A stretch of DNA of 64,000 nucleotides from an uncultured Chloroflexia bacterium (GCA_963837925.1 CAWIPK010000003.1:1358441-1422440), one strand, 5' to 3'. Shown: positions 37,250 through 46,824, numbered from the stretch's first letter. Numbers and translations are program-made. The notes: generated by a model not told the origin, from the sequence alone.

Positions 37250-38440
37250 ATGAAGAGCCGTTCAACCTTTGCGATCGTCGCCGCGGTACTGGTGCTCAGC
37301 ATGCTGTTGAGCGCATGCGGTCCGCAGGCGACTGCCGTTCCTGCGGCACCGGCGGCACCGGCGCCCGCAGCCACTCAACCGCCCGCGCCCACGGAGGCCC
37401 CTGCCGCCGCTCCCACGGAAGCGGCCGCGCCTACCGAAGCCGCCGCCACTGCTCCTACCGAAGCCGCCGCGCCTACCGAAGCCGCCGCGCCTACGGCAGC
37501 AGCCGCGCCGGCCGCATCTGGCGCCGGCAACGTGTACGTGTTGGTGCCCAAGAACCTGGGCAATCCCTACTTCGACACCGCCAACAAGGGTGCCCAGGAA
37601 GCCGCTAAAGAGCTCGGCGTGACCGTCAATTACCAGGGTCCGGCAACCGCGGATGCCACCCAGCAGATCCAACTGCTGAACTCGTTGATCGCGCAGAAAG
37701 TCAACGGCCTGGCCATCTCAGCAGACGATGCCGATGCGCTGGTGCCGGTGGGCAAGCAGGCGATGGATGCCGGCATTCCGGTGGTGACCTGGGACTCGGC
37801 GATCGCTCCCGCCGGTCGCACGGTGCACATCAACCAGGCGGTTGCCGCCGACATCGCGGCCATCCAGATCAAGATGGCCTCGGACCTGGCCGGCGGCTCG
37901 GGCAACATCGCCATCCTCAGCGCCACCTCCACGGCGCCGAACCAGAACGAGTGGATCGGCCTCATGAAGGAAGAACTGAAGAAACCCGAGTATGCCAACC
38001 TGAAGCTCGTGGATACCGTCTACGGCGACGACGAGGATACCAAGAGCTACAACGAAGCGCAGGGTCTGATGAAGAAGTACCCGGACCTGAAGGTGATCAT
38101 CGCCCCCACGACAGTCGGCATCGCAGCTGCCGCGCGCGCCGTGCAGGATGCCAACATGGTCGGGAAGGTGTTCGTGACCGGACTGGGGACGCCCAACCAG
38201 ATGCGCGACTACGTCAAGAGCGGCGCCGCGCCGCAATTCGCCCTGTGGAACCCATCTGACCTCGGCTACCTGGCCATCTACACATTGAATGCCATCGCCA
38301 CGGGCGAGATCAAGGGCCAGCCGGGCGACACGTTCACCGCCGGAAAGCTGGGCAAGTACACCGTCAACCCCGACGGCACGGTGCTGTTGGGGCCGCCGAC
38401 CGTCTTCAACAAGGACAATATCGACAACTTCAACTTCTAG
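37250..38440 (+). CDS. Sugar ABC transporter substrate-binding lipoprotein (CUT2, RhaS/LsrB/RbsB-like) with a repetitive Ala/Pro/Thr/Glu linker
   Basis: Lipobox LLSAC, a ~60-aa linker and a periplasmic binding fold (GNVYVLVPKNLGNPYFDTANKGAQEAAKELG). Confidence 0.85.
   Translation: MKSRSTFAIVAAVLVLSMLLSACGPQATAVPAAPAAPAPAATQPPAPTEAPAAAPTEAAAPTEAAATAPTEAAAPTEAAAPTAAAAPAASGAGNVYVLVPKNLGNPYFDTANKGAQEAAKELGVTVNYQGPATADATQQIQLLNSLIAQKVNGLAISADDADALVPVGKQAMDAGIPVVTWDSAIAPAGRTVHINQAVAADIAAIQIKMASDLAGGSGNIAILSATSTAPNQNEWIGLMKEELKKPEYANLKLVDTVYGDDEDTKSYNEAQGLMKKYPDLKVIIAPTTVGIAAAARAVQDANMVGKVFVTGLGTPNQMRDYVKSGAAPQFALWNPSDLGYLAIYTLNAIATGEIKGQPGDTFTAGKLGKYTVNPDGTVLLGPPTVFNKDNIDNFNF
37388..37495 (+). repeat. 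In-frame 18-bp tandem repeat array encoding (PTEAAA)n within the SBP linker
   Basis: The protein reads APTEAPAAAPTEAAAPTEAAATAPTEAAAPTEAAAPT. The nucleotide repeat is ccgaagccgccgcgccta-like, about 6 units. Confidence 0.5.
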
Positions 38441-38460
38441 CCAGGCTGCTGGTCGTCATG

Positions 38461-38500
38461 CAGCGTGGTGAGCGACGCCACAACGTCGCTCACCACGCTG
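38461..38500 (+). terminator. Perfect 17-bp stem / 6-nt loop hairpin after the ABC operon (U-tract-less terminator-like)
   Basis: cagcgtggtgagcgacg ccacaa cgtcgctcaccacgctg lies 20 nt after the SBP stop codon. Confidence 0.5.
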
Positions 38501-38668
38501 ATCCCAGCCCAACTTCTCACCATAATCGCCTCATGCCTCTATTCTCCAAAAAGGTCAGTCTCGGGATTCACGGCAGCGAACTTAGGCGCCGCTACAGTCA
38601 GCCGGCGTCTGGTCCGCTATTCTGGACCAGATTAGGCCACCTGTTCTATTGGGGAGGGGAGGCGTGGG

Positions 38669-39259
38669 GTGACAAAGCAGAACCCGAACTTCTTCGCCAG
38701 CCCTAACGACTTCCGGGACTGGTTCGAAAACAACCACGAGCAGGCCGCCGAGCTCTGGGTCGGCTTCTATAAGGTCGGCTCGGGCCGGCCCAGCATCACC
38801 TGGCCAGAGGCGGTCGATCAGGCCCTGTGCTTCGGCTGGATCGACGGCGTGCGCAAGCGTATCGACGACCTCAGCTACGTCATTCGCTTCACTCCTCGCA
38901 AGCCCGACAGTACCTGGAGCGCAGTTAACATCCGGCGTTTCAAGGAGCTGGAGGCCCAGCGGCTGGTGCGTCCGGCCGGGCAGAAGGCGTTCGCGGCCCG
39001 GGCAGACGAACGGTCGGCGATCTATGCCTACGAGCAGCGCCAGGTCCCTGAGTTGGATCGCGCGGCCGAGGAGCAGTTCCGCGCCAACCCGCGAGCCTGG
39101 GCCTTTTTCCAGGCCCAACCACCCTCCTATCGGCGCACCGCCATCTACTGGGTGATCAGCGCCAAACGGGAAGAGACGCGCGCGCGGCGCCTGGCGACCC
39201 TGATCGACGACTCCGCGGCCGGGCGCACGATCGCGCGGCTGACCCGCCCGGCCGGATAG
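38669..39259 (+). CDS. YdeI/OmpD-associated family protein
   Basis: FYKVGSGRPSITWPEAVDQALCFGWIDGVRKRIDD and C-terminal YRRTAIYWVISAKREETRARR are typical of the family. GTG start is preceded by GGGGAGG. Confidence 0.7.
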   Translation: MTKQNPNFFASPNDFRDWFENNHEQAAELWVGFYKVGSGRPSITWPEAVDQALCFGWIDGVRKRIDDLSYVIRFTPRKPDSTWSAVNIRRFKELEAQRLVRPAGQKAFAARADERSAIYAYEQRQVPELDRAAEEQFRANPRAWAFFQAQPPSYRRTAIYWVISAKREETRARRLATLIDDSAAGRTIARLTRPAG

Positions 39260-39299
39260 GCACTAGGAGTCTCCCCTCACGCTTAAGCGACGAGCGCAG

Positions 39300-40463
39300 T
39301 CAAAGGGTCTTCACGCGTTCCTTTATCGGGGGGTGCGAGTACAGGAGCCAGACCACCCAACGGGGTGGATCGGCTTCCGAGAGGTTCTGGTTGGCCAGCC
39401 GGATCATGGCCCGCGCAAAGGCCAGGGGGTTGCGAGTGGTCTGCACGGCATACTGGTCGGCCAGGCGCTCACGCCAACGCGAGTAGCCGTTGATGAGCGG
39501 CATGGTGACTACCGAGAAAACGCCGACTGCCAACACCAGCAAGGGCATTGCGGCAACATCACCCACGCCGCTGAAGCCGAAGTAGCCAACCCCAGCGCTC
39601 AGGAAGAGCTGCGCCAGATACATCCCACCCAGGAAGAGCAAGCTCTGAACGATGATGCCGAGTTCCAGGTCGTGGTGTACCTGGTGTCCAAGCTCGTGAG
39701 CGATGATAGTCTCAATCTCCTGAGGACTGTAGTCGGCGTAGAGCGTATCGCCCAGGGCAATGCGCTTGCTCGCCCCCAGCCCCATCACCATTGCATTGCC
39801 GGCCGTAGTGCGTGCGCTCAAGTTGATCGTGTAGACGCCGACAATGCGCGCGTGAGCCTGATCGGCGAGGCGCCGGATGCGTTCGATCAGATCAGGGTCA
39901 TTCAGCGGGGTGAGCTTGTAGAACAGTGGTATGATCAACACGGGGGCCAGGTGGCCCAGCAGGACGGCAAAGAAGATCAGGAAAATGGCGGCCCACAGCC
40001 ACCAGCTTGCCGGGAAGGTGCGCAACAACCAATAGATCAGCTCGGCCACCGGCAAGCCAAGCAGCAGTCCCAGCAGCAGGGACTTCATTTCGTCCTCCAC
40101 CCAGCCGGCGGCCGGTTGCGTGCTGAGCCCGTAACGATGCGGCAAGACGAACCCGCCCCACCAGGAAAGGGGCGCCGTGACCAGGCTGTAACCAACGTAG
40201 GCTATGCCCACGTAGCCCGCCACCAGAGCGCCCGGAGCGACCAGGCGTGCGCCCAGCAAGGCATCCTTCAGCCACCGAGAGGCACCGGTCAGGAGAAAGC
40301 CGATCACCAGCACGGCCGAGAGGGCAAGCTCGAGCACCATCAGATTGCGGTGCTGGCGCGCCAGACGTCTGGCCGCCACCTGCCGCCCCTCGTCCAATGA
40401 GGCAGGCTGCACTGACGCGGTGGCAGTCATTTCTTTCTCCTCGGATTGCCCCATTCCGTTCAT
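39300..40463 (-). CDS. M48-family zinc metallopeptidase (Ste24/HtpX-like, membrane)
   Basis: HELGHQVHHD (HExxH), a downstream Glu in ERLADQYA, and multiple TM helices. GAAGG RBS precedes the ATG at 40463. Confidence 0.8.
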   Translation of the reverse strand: MNGMGQSEEKEMTATASVQPASLDEGRQVAARRLARQHRNLMVLELALSAVLVIGFLLTGASRWLKDALLGARLVAPGALVAGYVGIAYVGYSLVTAPLSWWGGFVLPHRYGLSTQPAAGWVEDEMKSLLLGLLLGLPVAELIYWLLRTFPASWWLWAAIFLIFFAVLLGHLAPVLIIPLFYKLTPLNDPDLIERIRRLADQAHARIVGVYTINLSARTTAGNAMVMGLGASKRIALGDTLYADYSPQEIETIIAHELGHQVHHDLELGIIVQSLLFLGGMYLAQLFLSAGVGYFGFSGVGDVAAMPLLVLAVGVFSVVTMPLINGYSRWRERLADQYAVQTTRNPLAFARAMIRLANQNLSEADPPRWVVWLLYSHPPIKERVKTL

Positions 40464-40634
40464 CCTTCACCACCTTCTCACAGCGGAAGATATCTCCAGA
40501 CGGCGGCAAAGGCTGTAATCCTCAAGACAAGGGCCCCGGCATCGCCCCGCCCCCACTCGGCCGCTTAACCAGACTGGCCCCAGCAGGTTGTGCTGGGGCC
40601 AGTCCCTCGGGCAGCGCCTGTCTGGCGCAGCCGA

Positions 40635-42083
40635 TTACTTACCCATGCTCTTGTTATAGTCGCCGATCGCGGTGGTGACGATAGCAGCGGCCTTATCCAT
40701 CGCCTCTTGCGGCGTGGACTTGCCGGCCAGCACTTCTTCGATCGCCGTCTCAACCGTCGCACGTGCGGTGGGGAAGACGCCGATCAGGGCGCCCTGCGTC
40801 ACCCGGTTGTTGGGGGCCATGTGCAGTTGGTCGATAGCCGTCTGGAACTGTGGGTATTTCGCCCGCCATTCCTTATCCAACGGTTCCTCGTACGCGGCCT
40901 TGGTGATCGGGAAGTAACCCGAGGCGGTGTGCCAGTATGCCATCTGCGGCGGTGCGACCAGGAACTTGATGAACTGCCAGGCGCATTCCTGTTCCGCAGG
41001 CGGGCGGTTGTTGACGATCCACAGCGATGCGCCGCCGATAATCGTGCCGCCGGTCTGGAAGGCCGCTTCGTTCGGCCGGGGCAGAATGCCGGTGCCAAGC
41101 TCGAACTTGCCTGTCGAACCGTCGATCAGACCGCGCAGCGTGGCCGTCGATTCGATAATCATGGCAGTTTTGCCGGCGAGGAAGGCGTTGCGCGTGTCGA
41201 CGGTGGTGCGGCCGTAGTTCGCCATGTTGCCGGCATCGTACATGCTCTTCCACCACTCGAGGATCTTGACGCCTTCCGGGCTGTTGAAAGTCGCCTTGGT
41301 AGCCGTGCCGTCGCGGCCGTTGCCGTTATCGACGTACTCCCCGCCCGAAACGGCCAGGAGCTGTTCCACGAACCAACCGTAGATCGCGAAGGCGACGCCA
41401 TAGGTTGACACGTTGCCGCTGCTGTCCTTGACCGTTAGCTTCTGGGCATCGGCGGCGACCTCGTCCCAGGTGCGCGGCGGCTTCTCAGGATCCAGGCCGG
41501 CGGCCTTGAACATGTCCTTGTTGTAGTACAGGATCGGGTTGGAGCTGTTGAAGGGCATCGACCACAGCTTGCCTTCAACCGTGTAGTAGGCGAGGACGTT
41601 GGGTTCGAGGTCCGAGATGTCGTACTTGTCCTTGTCGATGAAATCCTGGACCGGGGTTGCGACCTTCAGGTCGACGATCAGGCGAGTGCCGATGTCGTAG
41701 AGCTGCACCAGGGCAGGCGTATTGTTGCTCTGCAGCCCGGCCTTCATCTTGTTGAGCGAGTCGTCATAGGAGCCCTGGTAGGTCGGGTCGACGAAGCACT
41801 TCTGCTGCGAAGCGTTGAAGTCGTCGGCCAGCTTGGGGATCGCCTTGCCGCCGATATCGCCGGCCATACTGTGCCAGAACGCGATGCGCAGCGCGCCCGC
41901 AGGCGCGACCTTGGTCGGTGGGACCTCCGTCGCTGCCGGGGCAGCCGCGGCCGCAGGGGCGGTGGTGGCCGCCGGGGCAGCCGGGGCGGCCGGAGCGGCG
42001 GGAGCCGCAGGGGCGGCGCAGGCAGTGAGGAGCATGCTCAGGGTCACGAGCACGCTCATAAAGGTGAACAGGGAGCGCTTCAT
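40635..42083 (-). CDS. Carbohydrate ABC transporter substrate-binding lipoprotein (CUT1, SBP_bac_1)
   Basis: Lipobox LLTAC plus a (APAAP)n linker and a family-1 solute-binding fold. It is the last gene of the minus-strand operon. Confidence 0.85.
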   Translation of the reverse strand: MKRSLFTFMSVLVTLSMLLTACAAPAAPAAPAAPAAPAATTAPAAAAAPAATEVPPTKVAPAGALRIAFWHSMAGDIGGKAIPKLADDFNASQQKCFVDPTYQGSYDDSLNKMKAGLQSNNTPALVQLYDIGTRLIVDLKVATPVQDFIDKDKYDISDLEPNVLAYYTVEGKLWSMPFNSSNPILYYNKDMFKAAGLDPEKPPRTWDEVAADAQKLTVKDSSGNVSTYGVAFAIYGWFVEQLLAVSGGEYVDNGNGRDGTATKATFNSPEGVKILEWWKSMYDAGNMANYGRTTVDTRNAFLAGKTAMIIESTATLRGLIDGSTGKFELGTGILPRPNEAAFQTGGTIIGGASLWIVNNRPPAEQECAWQFIKFLVAPPQMAYWHTASGYFPITKAAYEEPLDKEWRAKYPQFQTAIDQLHMAPNNRVTQGALIGVFPTARATVETAIEEVLAGKSTPQEAMDKAAAIVTTAIGDYNKSMGK

Positions 42084-42113
42084 GGATTCTCTTCCTTTCC
42101 TGATGAGAAAAGC

Positions 42114-42971
42114 CTAACCCTTGACGGCACCCGCAGTGAGGCCGCGGATTAGCTGGCGGTTGCCGACTATGAAGAGCAGGAACGTCGGCAAGAGAACGAT
42201 CACGACTCCGGCCATGACCGTGTTGAACATGAACCGTTCTTCGTCCTGAAGAAGGGTGATGCCGATCTGCACCGTGCGCATGCTTTGCTTGTTGGTGATG
42301 AGCAGCGGCCACAGATACTGGTTGTAGGTTTGCAGAAAGCTGTAGACGGCCAGGGTACCGAGCGCCGGCCGCGCCAACGGCAGTACGATGGTGGACAGAA
42401 AGCGCAGGCTGCCGCAGCCGTCTATTGTCGCCGCATCGTGCAGCTCGTGCGGGATCGAGCGGAAAAACTGCCGCAGCAGAAAAGTGCCGAATGCCGTCGC
42501 CAGGAACGGTGCACTAAGCCCCAGGAAGCTATCGGTCCAGCCAATGCTCTTGATCATCAGGTAGTTGGGAATGATCGTAGCCTCCCAGGGGATCATCATG
42601 GTGGACAAGAACAGCAGAAACGCCGCGTTCCGGCCCTTGAAGTCGATGAAAGCGAAGGCGTAGGCGGCGAGGCTGGCGGTGATAAGCTGGCCGGCCATCA
42701 CCAGGCTGGACTGGACGATGCTATTGAGCAGGTAGCGGAAGAGCGGCGCCTGCTGCATGGCATGCACGAAATTCGCCAGGCTCAGGTGCGAAGGCGCCAG
42801 CAAGGGTGGGTAGGTAGAGATCTCCGTCTCGCTCAGCATGCTGATAGTGAAAGCGGTCCACACAGGGAAGAGCACCACGACGGCCATCGCCGTCAGCAAA
42901 AGATACAGACCGGTGCCGCGCAGCAGACGGGCAGGAGTAGCACGACGGACGGTCTTCGCCAGGGTGCTCAT
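42114..42971 (-). CDS. Carbohydrate ABC transporter permease (MalG/UgpE-like)
   Basis: BPD_transp_1 EAA-like region DGCGSLRFLSTIVLPLARPAL. Confidence 0.85.
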   Translation of the reverse strand: MSTLAKTVRRATPARLLRGTGLYLLLTAMAVVVLFPVWTAFTISMLSETEISTYPPLLAPSHLSLANFVHAMQQAPLFRYLLNSIVQSSLVMAGQLITASLAAYAFAFIDFKGRNAAFLLFLSTMMIPWEATIIPNYLMIKSIGWTDSFLGLSAPFLATAFGTFLLRQFFRSIPHELHDAATIDGCGSLRFLSTIVLPLARPALGTLAVYSFLQTYNQYLWPLLITNKQSMRTVQIGITLLQDEERFMFNTVMAGVVIVLLPTFLLFIVGNRQLIRGLTAGAVKG

Positions 42972-43963
42972 TCGTAGAAAACCCTCCTCTCCAGGACGCC
43001 GAACTGGAAAACGGTCAACAGCAACATGATGAAGAACAGCAGCACGGACTGGGCCGCGGCGAGCCCGTACTGACCGTTGAAGTAGAACTGGCGGTAGATG
43101 GAGAAGACGAGCACGTTGGTCGAGTCCATCGGGCCGCCCTTGGTCATTACCTGGACCTGCGTGAACACCTGGAAGGCGGCCAGGACATCTACGACCAGCA
43201 GGAAGAAGATCGTCGACGATAACAACGGCAGTGTGATGTGACGGAACTGGGCTGCGCCACGTGCGCCGTCAATCATCGCGCTCTCGTACAGTTCTTCTGG
43301 AATGCCCTGCATTCCCGCCAGTAAAATGATCGTATTCAGCCCGAGAGCCAGCCAGATAGTGGTGATGGCGATGGCCGGCAAGGCCGTGTCCGGACTGGTC
43401 AACCATGGCACCGGCGACTGGCCGGCCAGCCCCAGCAGATAGTTGAGCCAACCGAGCGCCGGATGGTACAGGTAGGCGAAGATCAACGAGGCCGTCGCGC
43501 CCGAGACGGCGATCGTGGACGAAAAGATCATGCGGTACACGTCGATGCGGCGCAGGCGCAGGTTTCCCAACAGTGCCAGACCCAGAGCACATAGCAGTTC
43601 GGCCGGCACTGTCAGCACCACGAACAAGAGCGAGCGCTGGAAACTGTTAAGAAAGTCCGGGGTGTGGAAGATGCGCTGGTACAGGTCAAGGCCGGCGAAG
43701 GCGGCCGGCCGGCCCAATGGATCGGTGTAGCGCGCGCTCAGCCAGAAGGTGCGCACCAACGGGACAAACACGAAGACGATAAACAGGATCAGCGAGGGCG
43801 AGAGGTACAGTAGAGCTTGCAGCAGCTTTTTTAGTTCTTTGCGGTTGACGGCACTTCGCCGTGCCGCTCGAACGCCAGCCGGGAGTTCGGTTTGCGGGAG
43901 ACTCGAACTAATGTCCGCCATAAGATCGCGACCTCGCGTTGGCTCCGACAATTGCGCTATCAT
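42968..43963 (-). CDS. Carbohydrate ABC transporter permease (MalF/UgpA-like)
   Basis: Six-TM permease with EAA loop ESAMIDGARGAAQFRHITLPLL. Overlaps the downstream permease by 4 nt. Confidence 0.85.
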   Translation of the reverse strand: MIAQLSEPTRGRDLMADISSSLPQTELPAGVRAARRSAVNRKELKKLLQALLYLSPSLILFIVFVFVPLVRTFWLSARYTDPLGRPAAFAGLDLYQRIFHTPDFLNSFQRSLLFVVLTVPAELLCALGLALLGNLRLRRIDVYRMIFSSTIAVSGATASLIFAYLYHPALGWLNYLLGLAGQSPVPWLTSPDTALPAIAITTIWLALGLNTIILLAGMQGIPEELYESAMIDGARGAAQFRHITLPLLSSTIFFLLVVDVLAAFQVFTQVQVMTKGGPMDSTNVLVFSIYRQFYFNGQYGLAAAQSVLLFFIMLLLTVFQFGVLERRVFYE

Positions 43964-44000
43964 CAGAATATTGGCTGCACATTAAGCCAGTAACACGCAC

Positions 44001-44029
44001 AGGTTAACGGATATTGGGCGTCCTGTCAA
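44001..44029 (-). promoter_or_regulatory. Candidate promoter for the minus-strand CUT1 operon (TTGACA-N17-TAACCT on the minus strand)
   Basis: Reverse complement of ~44029..44001 gives TTGACAggacgcccaatatccgtTAACCT, ~40 nt upstream of the permease start. An A/T-rich hairpin-like segment lies just upstream. Confidence 0.3.
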
Positions 44030-44200
44030 GATGCATTAAAAAACAACCGCCGGCGGCGTTTGCCTTCTAGCGGGTGGACGTGGCACACTATCAGGGCACG
44101 GGCAAGTAAGGCGCCGAGCCGAGGGCCAGGCGCAGGAGCACCGGTGGGCGCAGTCCAGTTGCAACCATGATCGTAGCCGTAGATCGCATAGGAAGGCCCA

Positions 44201-45034
44201 ATGAGCGATGACAATCTGACCATTCGCACCGAGAATCTGAGCCGGCAGTTCGGCAAGTTGGTCGCAGTCGACCGTCTGAACCTGGCCGTACGACCCGGGA
44301 CCATTTTCGGCTTCCTCGGACCAAACGGCGCCGGCAAATCCACGACCATCAACATGCTGGTGGGGCTGCTGCCGCCCAGCGCAGGGACGGCGCAGGTGGC
44401 CGGCTTTTCGGTGCTCGACGAGCCGCTGATGGTCAAGCAGCGCATCGGCGTGGTGCCCGAAGGCCTGAACCTCTACGAACGACTGACGGTCACCGAGCAG
44501 GTGGAGCTGGTCGGCCGCCTGCACGGGCTTAGCCGCTCAGAGATCCTGCGGCGCCTGCCGTCACTGCTAGATCTGCTAGATCTGGCCGACAGCGCCAACA
44601 AGATGATCCTGGACTATTCGGCGGGTATGCGTAAAAAGACGGCGCTGGCTTGCGCACTGGTGCACGTGCCCGAAGTGCTGTTCCTGGATGAGCCTTTTGA
44701 GAGCGTGGATCCCGTCTCGACGCGCGCGATCAAGAACGTGCTGCGCGACATGGTCGCGCAGCGCGGCACGACGGTGTTCTTCTCGACCCACGTGATGGAG
44801 CTGGCCGAGCGTTTCTGCGACCAGGTGGGCATCATCAACCGAGGCCAACTGGTGGCGACCGGCAGCATCGACGAACTGCGGGCACGGACAGGCTTGGGCC
44901 AAGAAGCAGCCCTCGAGGATGTGTTCTTGCACGTCGTCAAGGCGGATGTGGCGGTCGAACAGGATGAGGAACTGTTGGGCTGGTTGACAGGCGCCGGCGC
45001 GGCAGAAAGGATAGGCGTCCACCATGGGAGCTGA
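44201..45034 (+). CDS. ABC transporter ATP-binding protein (ABC-2 exporter type)
   Basis: Walker A GPNGAGKSTTINM, signature LSGGMRKK-like (YSAGMRKK) and Walker B LLFLDEP. Overlaps the next gene by 11 nt. Confidence 0.85.
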   Translation: MSDDNLTIRTENLSRQFGKLVAVDRLNLAVRPGTIFGFLGPNGAGKSTTINMLVGLLPPSAGTAQVAGFSVLDEPLMVKQRIGVVPEGLNLYERLTVTEQVELVGRLHGLSRSEILRRLPSLLDLLDLADSANKMILDYSAGMRKKTALACALVHVPEVLFLDEPFESVDPVSTRAIKNVLRDMVAQRGTTVFFSTHVMELAERFCDQVGIINRGQLVATGSIDELRARTGLGQEAALEDVFLHVVKADVAVEQDEELLGWLTGAGAAERIGVHHGS

Positions 45035-46763
45035 GGCGCAAGCGGACCGGCGGAGCGATCTGCGCACGTTGTTCTGGCTGCAGTGGCGGCTGACGGTCGC
45101 CATGTTTCGCAGCCGGCGGTCGGACAACTGGGCGCGCCTGGGGCGTGTGCTGCTGGGAGTGCTGGTAATGATCCTCAGCTTGCCCTTCTTCACCACCGTC
45201 GGGGTGCTGCTGGCCCTGGCGGCAGCGCGCCTCTCGCCACGCGGCGCCTACGAGCTCTTGATCATGGTCAATAGCGCCCTACTCTTCTTCTGGTTGCTAA
45301 TGCCAGCCACCTACAACAGCGAGTTCATCGAGCGTTTCGAGATGACGCGCCTGTTCAGCCAGCCGATCGCAATCAACAGTCTGGCGGCCGGCAGCACTAT
45401 CATCGGGTCCCTGAGCTTCATTGGTGTCTGGAGCTTCCTTATGCTTGCGGGCGAGGTGATCGGCCTCGCCGCGCATGGCCTGGCCAGCGCACCGCTGGTA
45501 CTGTTGGGCGCGCTACCGACCTTTGCGATCTTGATGCTTGCCGGGCGGCTGATGGACGACGTACTGGACCTGGTCGCCAACGACCGGCGCTTGCGTGGGT
45601 TACTGCTAGGCCTCTTGAGCCTACCCTTCGTTCTGCTCTTCTTTGGAAACTACTATCTTCAGTACGTGACCAACAACTTTCGCGGGATAGAGGACTTCCT
45701 CCGGCCAATCGTTGGCGACGTGGGCTCGCTGCGCAGCCTCAGCTTCATCCAGGTGCTGGATCTGCTGCTCGTCAGCCTCAGGCCCTCGCGCTACCTGATC
45801 TACCTGCCGGCCGGCTGGGCCACGGCCAGCATGGCCCTGCCGGTGGCCGGTCAGTGGGTCGCGGGCCTGGCCTTTCTGGTCCTCTCATCGGCCGCGGCCG
45901 TCGGGCTATATGCCGTCCACGCCGCGATTGTGCGCCGCATGATGCAAGGAGTGGCCTTGCACATGAGCTCCGAACGGGTACGCAGCCAGAGGCTTGACCT
46001 GCGTCTGCCCGGTCCGCCCGCGCTATGGTCGCTGGTCGAGAAGGATTGGGCCTACTTGCGACGCAGCCCGATGACCCGGCGCATCCTTCTCGGCACCCCG
46101 GTGGTTGCGGTGGCCTTCGGCTTTGCCGTCTGGCAGGCGAACAACGTCGGCCAGACAATCGGACGGGGCTTGACGGGCTCGCTCCACCCTGATCTGCCCT
46201 TCCTCGGCGCCTGCCTGATGGCCATCTCCGTCAGCCTGTCGATGTGCAATCTCACAGCCAATTACTTCGGTGTTGTCGATCGCGAGGGTTTCGGCAGCCT
46301 GATGCTCTGCGGCGTCGACCGGCGCTGGGTGTGGCTGTCCGCCAACCTGGTATCCTTGATCTTCACCCTGGCGCTGACCCTGCTCCTGCTGCTCGTCGTC
46401 GCCGTGCTAACGCGCTCCTGGCTGGCGCTGCCGTGGGGCCTTCTCTTTGCCGTGTGCCTCTACCTCTCCACCGTCCCGGCCGCCAACCTGACCAGCGCCC
46501 TGGCGCCACACCGGGCCCGGTTCAGCCTGGGCAACAACAACCAGGGCAACCTCTGGCTGCTGGCGTCGTGGGCCATCGCCGCACCGCCGGTCTGCCTCCT
46601 GTTCATCCTGCCCTACTTCCTCTGGCGACCCGGCCTCGCGATCACCCTGCCCTTGGCCGCGCTCTACAGCGCCGCTCTCTACGTGCTCACGCTCAAGCCG
46701 TTGGCGCGGCTGTTGGATCGGCGCACCCATTCGATCTACGAGGCGATCAGCGGCGAGGGATGA
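45024..46763 (+). CDS. Large (579 aa) polytopic membrane protein, putative ABC-2-type exporter permease
   Basis: More than 12 predicted TM helices, translationally coupled to the ABC ATPase. No confident family match. Confidence 0.55.
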   Translation: MGAEAQADRRSDLRTLFWLQWRLTVAMFRSRRSDNWARLGRVLLGVLVMILSLPFFTTVGVLLALAAARLSPRGAYELLIMVNSALLFFWLLMPATYNSEFIERFEMTRLFSQPIAINSLAAGSTIIGSLSFIGVWSFLMLAGEVIGLAAHGLASAPLVLLGALPTFAILMLAGRLMDDVLDLVANDRRLRGLLLGLLSLPFVLLFFGNYYLQYVTNNFRGIEDFLRPIVGDVGSLRSLSFIQVLDLLLVSLRPSRYLIYLPAGWATASMALPVAGQWVAGLAFLVLSSAAAVGLYAVHAAIVRRMMQGVALHMSSERVRSQRLDLRLPGPPALWSLVEKDWAYLRRSPMTRRILLGTPVVAVAFGFAVWQANNVGQTIGRGLTGSLHPDLPFLGACLMAISVSLSMCNLTANYFGVVDREGFGSLMLCGVDRRWVWLSANLVSLIFTLALTLLLLLVVAVLTRSWLALPWGLLFAVCLYLSTVPAANLTSALAPHRARFSLGNNNQGNLWLLASWAIAAPPVCLLFILPYFLWRPGLAITLPLAALYSAALYVLTLKPLARLLDRRTHSIYEAISGEG

Positions 46764-46824
46764 TCGGCGCCAACCATCCAGGCAGTCAAATGACGACGCA
46801 AACCAAAGCCAGTGGGAGGTGTAG

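Noticed and set aside
37375-37563. Possible CRISPR-like or simple repeat array
   Set aside because: The repeats are in-frame 18-bp units encoding the PTEAAA linker of a lipoprotein. There are no spacers and no cas genes.
44030-44060. Apparent rho-independent terminator on the minus strand (CCGCCGGCGG palindrome followed by a T-run)
   Set aside because: There is no minus-strand gene upstream of it to terminate. It lies in the divergent promoter region, so it more likely reflects AT-rich promoter architecture. Kept only as a comment under the promoter feature.
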